64,000 bases of DNA from Planktothrix sp. GU0601_MAG3 (GTDB lineage Bacteria > Cyanobacteriota > Cyanobacteriia > Cyanobacteriales > Microcoleaceae), in assembly GCA_035193785.1 (NCBI GenBank), contig CP136572.1, forward strand, positions 4,308,578 to 4,372,577, in the 5' to 3' direction. The position numbers and the translations under genes are program-made. The notes below the pieces were generated by a model, which searched no databases, was not told where the DNA came from, and saw nothing but the letters and a program-made list of their open reading frames with translations. Shown here piece after piece: positions 54,757 to 64,000 of this stretch. Position 1 is the stretch's first letter. Every line of letters begins with the position of its first letter.

Positions 54757-54849
54757 GTCTGCCCTATCTCCGAACTTTACTGGAGCGATCGCTCTTATTT
54801 TTTTTGTTATAATCTAATTCTAACTGATTTATTAGTCGATTTCTAAGCT

Positions 54850-54978
54850 ATGAACACAAAACTCATTGAATCTTTAGTACAAATCATCCAGGCACTTTCA
54901 GAAGAGGAGCAATTGCTAATAAAAGCAAAATTATTTAGCAACATCTCCTATCCTTTACCTCTGGAAATAACGCAGTAA
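54850..54978 (+). pseudogene. Truncated small antitoxin-like ORF
   Basis: Hand translation MNTKLIESLVQIIQALSEEEQLLIKAKLFSNISYPLPLEITQ; similar cyanobacterial proteins I recall are longer. Confidence 0.5.
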
Positions 54979-55112
54979 AATAACATGATTAATGTTATCC
55001 AGTTTCTCAATAATTTGATTAATTCCGAGAATTTGTTGTAATTTTCTCAAATTAGGGATCATGTTTTGTCGCCAGTCAGGGAATAAACGATCTTTATTAC
55101 GCATGAGGCTCC

Positions 55113-55179
55113 AGAAACCGGTTTTTTTAGAGCATCTGTTGGTCAAAACGAAGTATTTTGGTAAAAAAACCCGGTTTCT
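55113..55179. repeat. REP-like element, family B (diverged interior)
   Basis: agaaaccggttttt...aaaaacccggtttct. Confidence 0.75.
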
Positions 55180-55210
55180 TTAATTGGGTGCGTAAGTCCT
55201 GAATATCAGA

Positions 55211-56011
55211 CTATTTCAAATTCAGAAAGTTGTTTAAGGCGGTGACTAATTTGGGCGGCCACCGTCTAACATTTTTTACCCAATCAATATTTTTATATCG
55301 AGCATCCAGTCCCACTACAGCTACCCAATTACTTTCGGCTTCTCCTAGTTTACCAATATCCCATAAACAGGCGGTTAAGGCGGCTCGCATATCGGCAAAA
55401 TTAGGATATTTACGCACTAGATTTTTTATGGTTTTTAGGGCTGCTTCGGTTTCTCCTAATTGATATAATGTTAAGGCATAATTCCCCCGAGCAAAGGAAT
55501 AGTTTTTATCTAAATCACTGGCGGTCTGATAATCTAAAAGAGCATCTGACCATTTTCCTAATCCGGCTTCCGCATTTCCCCGATTATTATAGGCTACGGG
55601 ATCATTAGGGTTAATTTCTAATACTTTATTATAGTCGGCGATCGCTTTTTCCCACTCTCCCAAACCTTCATAAGCCACCCCTCGGTTTAAATAGGAATCG
55701 GGAAAACTCGGTGCTAATTCTATGGATTGATTATAGTCAGAAATCGCCGGATTTAGTTGATTTTGACTAACCCTAACATTGCCTCGGTTACTCCACATCG
55801 CCGGATTTTCAGGATATTGATCAATAATTTTAGTCCAGTAGATTTCTGCTTGGGAAAATTGACCCTTTTGAGTTGCGGTAAACGCCTGCTCAAGCAAAGT
55901 ATCCAAGGCGGAAGATAGGGATTGATTTTCAGCCCCTAGGGGGGTTGCGTTTCCCCAAGTAAAAATCAGGATACTGAAAAATAGAACTATAATTCGGCGA
56001 AACCAACGCAT
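55211..56011 (-). CDS. Secreted TPR protein
   Basis: Signal peptide; repeated NRG..A..DY..A..L.P; C-terminal RRWPP. Confidence 0.9.
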   Translation of the reverse strand: MRWFRRIIVLFFSILIFTWGNATPLGAENQSLSSALDTLLEQAFTATQKGQFSQAEIYWTKIIDQYPENPAMWSNRGNVRVSQNQLNPAISDYNQSIELAPSFPDSYLNRGVAYEGLGEWEKAIADYNKVLEINPNDPVAYNNRGNAEAGLGKWSDALLDYQTASDLDKNYSFARGNYALTLYQLGETEAALKTIKNLVRKYPNFADMRAALTACLWDIGKLGEAESNWVAVVGLDARYKNIDWVKNVRRWPPKLVTALNNFLNLK

Positions 56012-56030
56012 TTTAGGTGTTAATCAGAAT

Positions 56031-56189
56031 AATTACGAATTACGAATTACGAATGGGGATAATATAGCAGTCTGCAAGGCAGGGGGAGCAGGGGAGGCAG
56101 GGGAGGTAAACTCTTTCTATTGCCCATTGCCTATTGCCCATTGCCCATTGCCTATTGCCTATTGCCTGTTTCCCTGTTCCCTGTTCCCT
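56031..56189 (+). repeat. Composite STRR: (AATTACG)n, G-rich 9-mers, (ATTGCCY)n, (TTCCCTG)n
   Basis: Read directly. Confidence 0.9.
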
Positions 56190-56228
56190 TCAGTATTTGG
56201 GATCGCTATAGTTTAAATTCTTAACAAC

Positions 56229-57792
56229 TTATTCATCCACATCAATTCTCCCTTGAACTCCTTGAATAATTCGAGATAATTCATTCTTTTCATTAACAGA
56301 AATTCGGCTGGGAGAACCACTAATAATCCGTTCATAATCCCGGAAAGAATCCGTAATTAACGGGCCATGATCACTAATAGTATATTCTCTAATGCCTTTA
56401 TCATGCCAGGAACCCCGCATTTTAAATACATTCAATGCCCGGCACATTTCCCCGCGAATTTCCACATATTGCAGCATCAAAATCGTATCGGTAATCGTTG
56501 AAATATGGGAATCGGTAATAGAATTAGATCCCATAAACTGATCAGTTGTATTGGTGAAAAATCCTGTGATTTCCTCCTGTTTGGCATAACCTGTTACCCC
56601 AATTACAAATTGACGGAAGGCGTTATTACTCACCCCTCGCGCCAAAGCTGATAAGGAATCAATGGCAATTCTATCAGGTTTAAAATCGGAAATTTCCGAT
56701 TTAATAATTTGCAAATGATCTTCTAACCCAGTAGATTCAGGATAACTGCATAAGATTTTCAGTAAACCTTTGCTTTCCATTTCTTCAAAGTCAATACCCC
56801 AGGAACTCGCATTTCTAAACAATTGAGATCGGGATTCTTCGTAAGCAAATAACAGCGCCCGTTGACCATTTCTACAGGCATTTTCCAGAAAAATACTAAC
56901 TAATAAAGTTTTACCTGTTCCCGTGGCTCCGGTCGCCAGAATAATCGAATCTTTGAAGAAACCGCCCCCACACATTTTATCGAGGGTTGTATTTCCAGAA
57001 GAAACCCTAACATTAGAAGAACGTTGGGTAAGTCGCATCGCCCCCAGGGGAAAAATACTAATTCCATTATTAGTAATCGTAAACGGATATTCTCCTTTCA
57101 TGTGGGTTGTACCCCGTAATTTCAGAATTTCCGCCGTGCGCCGCCGTCGTTTCTCCTTCTAAAACATTTCTCAAAATTACGACATTATCGGAGACAAATT
57201 CTTCCACCCCAAACCGAGCCACCGGGCCATATTCAGCCTCTCGTTCCGTGGTCATAATCGTAGTGGCTCCCACCTGTTTTAGTCGCGCCACCAGGCGAAA
57301 AATCTCCCGTCTCACTACTCCAGCGGCATCATATTGTTGGAAAACGGCTGTTACTGAATCAATTGATACTCGTCTAGCTTTATATTTACGAATAGCATAT
57401 TGAATCCGTTCAATTAATGCAGATAGGTCAAAATTGCCGACAATATCCTGTCCCTCTGGGTCGGGGGAAGCATCCAAGATAAATAATTTACCTTCATCAA
57501 TTAATTTTTGCAGATCCCATCCAAAACTAGAAGCGTTTTTAATAATATCTGTAGGTGATTCTTCAAAGGTAATAAAAATCCCGGGTTCATCAAAATAGAC
57601 AATTCCATGGTAGAGAAAGTGAACCGCAAATAGGGTTTTTCCGGTTCCCGAAGTTCCGCTAACTAGGGTAGCTCTAGCAATGGGCATTCCCCCATGACTA
57701 ATATCATCAAACCCTTCGATCATGGTGCGAATTTTTTGCACCCCGGTTAGTTTGCGTTCATTACCTTTGGCTTCCTGAGAACTTTCAGTCAT
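56229..57792 (-). CDS. kaiC: Circadian clock protein KaiC1 (indel near 57150)
   Basis: CI P-loop GTSGTGKT, GVEEFVSD, CII P-loop GATGTGKT, phosphosite context SHISTITDTI, A-loop/tail ISGSPSRISVNEKNELSRI. Confidence 0.97.
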
Positions 57793-57964
57793 AAATTTTA
57801 ATTTTAAAAGACGTAGCAGGTGATCGATCAACCCGCGATACTATTGCTACATTTACCATAAAATTAGGAACATTCACACTCCCCCACCTAGCTGAACTGC
57901 GGGGGATCGGTTGATAAACTTGAGGAACAATTGTCTGAAAATACCGGAGTTTGCTTGACCTGTC

Positions 57965-58267
57965 TCAATCATCCATCAGTTCTTCATACAGAAGATCAAG
58001 CCCAATTAAGACTTTTTCGCGGTCGGACAGATCCCCAATAATTTTTCGCACCGGAGGGGGCAAAATTTTGGACAGGGTAGGAGTCGCCAAAATTTTGTCT
58101 TCCTCAGCCAGTTGGGGATTTTTGAGAACATCAATCACTTTTAAGGCATAAACCCCTTGAAATTCCTGTTCTAAGATGTCTTTGAGGGTTTTTAACGCCC
58201 GGACTGAGTTGGGCGTATTTCCGGCGACATAGAGTTTGAGGACATAGGTTTTTTGGAGAGGACTCAT
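57965..58267 (-). CDS. kaiB: Circadian clock protein KaiB1
   Basis: [45 protein letters not shown]. Confidence 0.98.
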   Translation of the reverse strand: MSPLQKTYVLKLYVAGNTPNSVRALKTLKDILEQEFQGVYALKVIDVLKNPQLAEEDKILATPTLSKILPPPVRKIIGDLSDREKVLIGLDLLYEELMDD

Positions 58268-58299
58268 AGATTTTTAGGGGTTAATAAAGTAACATCCAT

Positions 58300-59065
58300 T
58301 TAGTCTGCGAGGGTAAGAATCTCTACACCGGTTTCTGTGACGGCAACGGTATGTTCAAATTGGGCGGAGAGTTTTTGATCTTTGGTGATAGCCGTCCAAC
58401 CATCATCTAAAACTTGGGCTTCCCAAGTCCCTTCATTAATCATCGGTTTCGATGGTAAAGACCATCCCGGGACGTAGGCGTTTTCCTTTTCCCCGTTTTC
58501 CATAGTGGGGAATTTGGGGGGCGGTATGAAACACCGTATTGACTCCATGACCGACAAAATCCCGCACGACGGAAAAGCCCTGGGCTTCGGCATATTCTTG
58601 AATGGCCGCCCCAATATCGCCTACCCGTCCATCGGGTTTAACGGCTTCAATTCCTCGCCTTAAACATTCTTCTGTAACTTCGACTAATTTTCTAGCTACG
58701 GCCGAAGGCGTCCCAACAAAAAAGGTGCGGGACACGTCACCATAATAGCCGTCTAGGATGGGGGTAACATCGACATTGATAATATCCCCATCTTTGAGAA
58801 TCTGTTTGGCGTTGGGGATGCCATGACAGATGACTTCATTCACGCTGGTACAGATTGATTTGGGAAATCCATGATAGCCCAGGGGGGCACTGCGGGCGCC
58901 GTGTTCATGTGTCCAGCGTTCGGCTTCGTCGTTAAGTTCTAGGGTACTCACCCCGGGTTGAATCATCGGTTCGAGATGATTTAACAGTTGCACCGCCAGG
59001 CGTCCGGCTTGACGCATTTTTTCGATTTCTCGGCGGGATAAAAGAACAATTGTTTCACTGCCCAT
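58300..59065 (-). CDS. map: Type I methionine aminopeptidase (indel near 58447)
   Basis: SVNEVICHGIP, DIINVDVT, GDVSRTF, GHGV...FH, FTIE-PMINEG, SAQFEHT. Confidence 0.96.
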
Positions 59066-59145
59066 GGGTTTGTTGAAAATCTGAATATATCTCGCAGGTT
59101 ATCAGCGTTTCTACTAAAATATCATAATTAGGGCAAGGGGCAGGG

Positions 59146-59288
59146 AATTACGAATTACGAATTACGAATTACGAATTACGAATGGGTAATGGGTAATGGG
59201 TAATGGGTAATGGGTAATGGGTAATAAATCAACTCTTACACTAATAGCTAATAACTGATGACTGATGACTGATGACTGATAACTGATT
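59146..59288 (+). repeat. Composite STRR: (AATTACG)n, (ATGGGTA)n, (ACTGATG)n
   Basis: Read directly. Confidence 0.92.
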
Positions 59289-59332
59289 TATGGGTTGAGA
59301 AATTACCTCTAGCTCCTAAAAAAAATCAAATA

Positions 59333-59750
59333 TTAATCAACGTGGAAATGATAAATAATTTCACCGTTGGATTTTTGTTCAAATTTCCCATTTAATTCCT
59401 GGGCTTTTTGATCTAAAAATATTTTGGCTTCGAGTCGGGATAAATGGGTATATTGAGCTAATTTATGCACACTAATTTCCCCACCTTGGACTTTAACTAA
59501 ATGCCAAAAGATAGCACTAATCCGTCGAGAGCGAGCTTGATTTTTTTGGCGACGTTCTCGAACCCAATCCCAGGCGACCCATCCCCCAATTCCCAGGGAA
59601 GGTAAACCGAGGATTAATCCCCCCAAAATAATACTGAGTCTCCCATCGGCCGTTGAATTAGGATTAATTAATTCCGTGGCGATCGCTAATAAACAACCCA
59701 TTCCTACTGGAAACTAATAAACTGGCTGTGATTATCTTCAGGAATTGCAT
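59333..59750 (-). CDS. Hypothetical two-TM protein with C-terminal winged-helix-like domain
   Basis: ATG 59750 ([13 protein letters not shown]) joins ORF 59333..59701 after one indel; GGEIS...LA....S..EA..FLD..A.E..G. Confidence 0.65.
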
Positions 59751-59799
59751 CGTTTTTCCTCTCTGCTGAGAGAGCGCGGAACACCATTAAAGCCGCATT

Positions 59800-60081
59800 A
59801 GCAGGGGGAGCAGGGGGAGCAGGGGGAGCAGGGGAGGCAGGGGGAGCAGGGGGAGCAGGGGGAGCAGGGGAGGCAGGGGGAGCAGGGGGAGCAGGGGGAG
59901 CAGGGGGAGCAAACTATTGCCTGTTGCCTATTGCCTATTGCCTATTGCCTATTGCCTATTGCCTGTTGCCTATTGCCCATTGCCTATTGCCCATTGCCTA
60001 TTGCCTATTGCCTATTGCCTGTTGCCTGTTGCCTGTTGCCTGTTGCCTATTGCTTATTGCCTGTTGCCTGTTGCCTGTTCC
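59800..60081 (+). repeat. (AGCAGGGGG)n array followed by (TTGCCTA/TTGCCTG)n array
   Basis: About 12 nonamers then more than 20 heptamers. Confidence 0.96.
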
Positions 60082-60095
60082 CTTTTGTGTGTCTC

Positions 60096-60788
60096 CTAAT
60101 CCTTATTGCGTATTGCTTCAATTAACCGGGAATAGTAGAAGCTAGTCCCGATCATAGTTTGTCGTTGAATCGAAAAACCATTATCACTAAAAATTTTAAC
60201 AATATTCGCCTCCTTATGTTGGTAGGCACGGGTAGTTTTACTCGGCCCAGGAAATAATTCCCCAACTTTTTTAAGCATACTTAATGCTAAGGTTTTAGGC
60301 GCGAAACTCAAAATCACCCGGGACTCGGCTAGGGAACACAGATGAGAAATCATCTCAGGAATTTGCTCTTGGGGATAATGAATCAAAACATCCAAACAAA
60401 TCACCGTATGATAGCGACCCTGTAGGGTTTCCAAATCCTGGGCTGTGAAACTGAGTTTCTGGATCACGTTTAGGAGGTCTTTTGCCCGATCATAAGCCTC
60501 AGCCACCATTTTTTCCGAAATATCACTACCGTATACAATAGCTCCAGCTTCAGCTAGGGGAATACTCAAACTGCCCACACCACACCCCGCGTCACAGATG
60601 CTTAAACCCGGCAGGTTATTATCGGCTTTTAACCACTCCAAGACTTGATCAACGGTTTGTTGATGTCCTTGACGAATATCAAGTTGCACCTTATTCACTT
60701 GACCGTCACCGTAGATGCGTCTCCACCGATCAAATCCTGTGCTATTAAAATAATCCCGAACTACGGTTTTCTCGTCTGCTACACTCAT
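60096..60788 (-). CDS. chlM: Mg-protoporphyrin IX methyltransferase
   Basis: [51 protein letters not shown]. Confidence 0.96.
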   Translation of the reverse strand: MSVADEKTVVRDYFNSTGFDRWRRIYGDGQVNKVQLDIRQGHQQTVDQVLEWLKADNNLPGLSICDAGCGVGSLSIPLAEAGAIVYGSDISEKMVAEAYDRAKDLLNVIQKLSFTAQDLETLQGRYHTVICLDVLIHYPQEQIPEMISHLCSLAESRVILSFAPKTLALSMLKKVGELFPGPSKTTRAYQHKEANIVKIFSDNGFSIQRQTMIGTSFYYSRLIEAIRNKD

Positions 60789-60837
60789 GGGTTTGTTTGA
60801 AATTAATTCCGTCCAAACCTTTATTGTAAGGCATATA

Positions 60838-61035
60838 GGAGTAGGGGCAGCAGGGGAGGCAGGGGGAGTAGGGGAGCAGGGGAGGTAAACTCTTGCTATT
60901 ACCCATTACCCAAAACCCATTACCCAAAACCCATTACCCAAAACCCCAAACCCAAAACCCATTACCCAAAACCCATTACCCAAAACCCCAAACCCAAAAC
61001 CCATTACCCATTACCCATTACCCATTACCCATTAC
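60838..61035 (+). repeat. G-rich 9-mers, linker and (ATTACCC/AAAACCC)n array
   Basis: Read directly. Confidence 0.93.
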
Positions 61036-61055
61036 TAGAAGGAAGGGTGTGCCGT

Positions 61056-61574
61056 TTATTGAACGCGGACGTCGATGACTGTGCCGTTAAAGTTGTAATT
61101 TTTGCCGTCGAGTTCAACGGTAGTACCCACTTTAATTTTGATATTGCCTAAAACCGGGCCATTTTCGGTGATTTGACCTTTTCCCTCTAGGGTTAAAAGC
61201 AAATTATTATTAAATAGATTATCGGCGGTGGGGTCGGGTAGGGCTTTTAATGTACCATCCGGTTGAGTCACGGGGATAATTCTGGGTAAAAAATTGACTT
61301 TATTTAAAGTAATTTGACCATAGGGTTGATTCCGAATAATTAAGTTAATTTTTTCTCCGGTTTTAAATAATTCTTTGGCGTTACTGCTTTTGAGTCCTAC
61401 CACCAAAACATCTATGGTCACGGGACGGGTTGTTACACCGACTTGAGCCACTGAACCCGATGTTCCTGGATAGAAGAAAACCCCAAACAGCACCAGTAAA
61501 ATCACTAAAGCCGCGCCAAAATCGAGAATACTAATCCTACCAAAGAGACGACCTTGAGAATCTAAAATTTTCAT
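61056..61574 (-). CDS. DUF4330 family protein
   Basis: ILDSQGRLFG.ISILD.GA, one TM, IRNQPYG, QPDG. Confidence 0.85.
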   Translation of the reverse strand: MKILDSQGRLFGRISILDFGAALVILLVLFGVFFYPGTSGSVAQVGVTTRPVTIDVLVVGLKSSNAKELFKTGEKINLIIRNQPYGQITLNKVNFLPRIIPVTQPDGTLKALPDPTADNLFNNNLLLTLEGKGQITENGPVLGNIKIKVGTTVELDGKNYNFNGTVIDVRVQ

Positions 61575-62032
61575 AGAACAAATGCACAATAAGTTTTACA
61601 GAGGATTGAACCTTGTCGATTGACAAAAACCTGTACTAGAGGGAAAAACTCAAGGAAACAGCGACAAACAAAACAACCCCGGGTCAAGTTACCCTCAAAA
61701 ATTTTAAATCTAAAGGCGATCAGAAGCCAAAATAGAAGTAAAGATTCTCGTTTGATCCCCAAAGATAACATCAATCTGGATTTTGTCTTTGATAACTCCC
61801 CCTGACCCCTAGCACCGGAAATCTCAACCTCAAAAATCGCCTTCAAGGTTGCCAGAGTCGGAGTAAACGGCAAAATTAGGTAAGACATCCACTGAAAATA
61901 CCAATATGCTGGTAGTAGGAGTGGGTGTTACCCCCCAGGTACTTCAACCCTTTTCTTTAATGATTGGCCTAGTTTACCCCAAACCAAGTCCTAAACCTGA
62001 TTTCACTCAGTACCAACCCCAATTGGCCTTTT

Positions 62033-64000
62033 ATGTTTATTCCCTCAGTCCGTCAAGCAATCAACCGCCATCCCCTCACCACTGCACCGGAAACCCCTGT
62101 ATCCGAGGTGATTTTGTTGATGAGTCGTACCCGTTCTAGTTGTATTTTTGTGATTGAAACCGGACGATATTGTCAATCAAAAGTCAACGGTCATCGGAAT
62201 TTTTACAGAACAAGATATTATTCAGCTTAATTCTATTGGAGATCCATTGCGAGGATTTCCAATTTCTCAAATTATGATTCGGTCATTTGTCACGGTGAAG
62301 GAATCGGAGGTGGATGATATCTTTACCTTGATGGGGATATTAGAAAAACATCAAATTCAACAGCTTCCCGTTGTTGATGAGCAAGGAAGATTAGTCGGGG
62401 TCATTAGTCCTAAAATTATTCTACAACTCTCTTTAAGAGATTCGGAAGCCAAAAAAATAGCTAGGGCTTTACCCCCTGTTCCTCAAGAAATTTCTCTGGG
62501 ATTATCTTCTAACTCGGATTTGGTTTTACCTGAACATCAACCCAATTGTCAACAACTTCTGGATCATCTTTTTATTCCCGATCATTTAATTAAACTGAAT
62601 CAACTTGCCCCCATTCCTAATTCTAAAATTGTGCCGACATCGGGGGAGGCAACCATCCGAGAAGTAACGGAATTAATGTTTAACTATGGTGTGGATGAAA
62701 TTATAATTACGGAAACCTCTCCTCCTAATTCTCAGTTCACAGGAGAGCAGATTTCCAGAACACAATCTCAATGTAAATGGGTAGGCGTTGTGACCTCCCA
62801 GGATATTATTTCCATACAGGCATTGGGCTTGGATCTAAAAACCGTAAAAGCAATTACGATTTGTAATACCCCGCCGTTGGTTTTGCGATCGCAGGTTTCC
62901 CTAAAAACGGCATTAAACTTAATGAGAAAATATTATTATCAACTCCCAATAATTTTGGTGGATGATCATAATAATCCTGTTACCCTCATCTCTCCTAAAA
63001 CCCTATTGTTGCAAGTTCTCCAACCCAAGTCGATGCACAATACTCTCCTGAGTTGGCAGCATCAATTTCAGGAGGGATTAAAAGCAACTCCATCTTCTCC
63101 TGAGTCCTTGCCTTTATCCTCAAGTCATCCAGTTAAGGAACCTTTAAAATCAAACCTGGAAGGGGTTTATCATTGGAACTTAAAAACGAACGAAATCTTA
63201 TATTCTGCCCAATGGAAAGCCATATTAGGATATCAAGATCATGAGATTAAAAATACCCGAGAAGAATGGTTAAGTCGGATTCATCCTCAAGATTTGAAAC
63301 TGGTTAAAGTCACTCTAAAAGATTATTTTTCCAAGAAAAATAGTGAATATCTTATAGAATATCGTATCCGGTGTAAAAACGGTGAATATAAATCTGTATG
63401 CACTCGAGGTCAGGGTTTTTGGAGTGAAAAAGGGGAACCTTTGCACTTGATTGGGGTTCAAATTGATGCGGCATCCTCTTACTTAGAAAAAACTCCATCC
63501 TTGAATAGTAATTATCCCATTGATGATCCGATTCAACAGTTAAAATCTATTGTCTTTAAAACCGATAGTCAAGGAAATTTTATATTTTTAAATTCCGCCT
63601 GGACTCAGCTAACAGGATTAACCATAGAAAATAGCTTGGGTACATCATTTGTAAATTATATTTATTCTCAAGATCGGACAAAAGTTAGCCAATGGTTTGA
63701 ATCCTTAATGTTAGGTCGTCCTAAAACAGAGCAACTTGATGTCCGAATGTTAGTGTTTAATATTAAAGAGAAGGAAGGGGGCGGACAGTCTTCCCCTCCG
63801 GCAACTCGTCGGGTTTTAATTTCAGGTCAATTAATCTTAGATGAACATAAGCATATTTTAGGAGTTTTAGGCACATTAAATGATATTGCAGAACAGTTTA
63901 AAGAGTTAAATGATCTCAGAGAAAGAGAAAAACTAATCCATCAATTCCACGAAATTACGGTTAGTCATAATACGGATTTTGAAACTCGAGTGAGTGCAAT
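62033..64000 (+). CDS. CBS + PAS multi-sensor protein, partial (indel near 62160; runs off the window)
   Basis: Second frame reads VIGIFTEQDII...LPVVDEQGRLVGVI (CBS), then W.....EILYS.QWKAILGY...W.SRIHP.D and FLNSAW..LTG (PAS). Confidence 0.82.

Noticed and set aside
59917..60145. Three PIAYCLL-repeat ORFs
   Set aside because: A heptamer array read in three frames; a typical STRR artefact.
60745..61078. ORFs with NPLPKTHYPK or PLLPYSP repeats
   Set aside because: Derived from the tandem-repeat tract.

Overview
64 kb of cyanobacterial chromosome, probably a filamentous Oscillatoriales-type organism such as Planktothrix (inferred from frequent HIP1 GCGATCGC sites, heptamer STRR arrays and kaiB/kaiC, pex, chlM, CCB1). 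Housekeeping genes include ispH, mnmG, the rpmH-rnpA-PH-yidC-jag-yceD-ycf46 cluster, pntAB, clpS, map, kaiBC and chlM. Signalling genes include two class III adenylate cyclases, a GAF histidine kinase, a Ser/Thr kinase and a CBS-PAS protein. Small accessory patches carry an orphan BamHI-like methyltransferase, BrnT/A and HicAB toxin-antitoxin pairs, an AbiL/RloAB-like pair, a patatin, a SLATT protein, a retropepsin pair and several gene remnants. Roughly two dozen genes, several of them essential, are split by single-base indels, which I read as sequencing/assembly error and annotate as whole genes. The most interesting items are: (1) a HIP1-bounded module of an HTH gene divergent from two unknown ORFs across 10-bp-phased AAAAGTTG repeats; (2) a cassette-like array of small genes each bracketed by same-family palindromic elements; (3) kaiB1-kaiC1 with no adjacent kaiA; (4) an AmiC/UrtA-sensor multi-PAS adenylate cyclase; (5) a promoter inside a perfect 16-bp inverted repeat in front of the AbiL-like pair. 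No CRISPR array, rRNA, tRNA, integrase or intact transposase was recognised. All family assignments are from motif recognition, not database searches.
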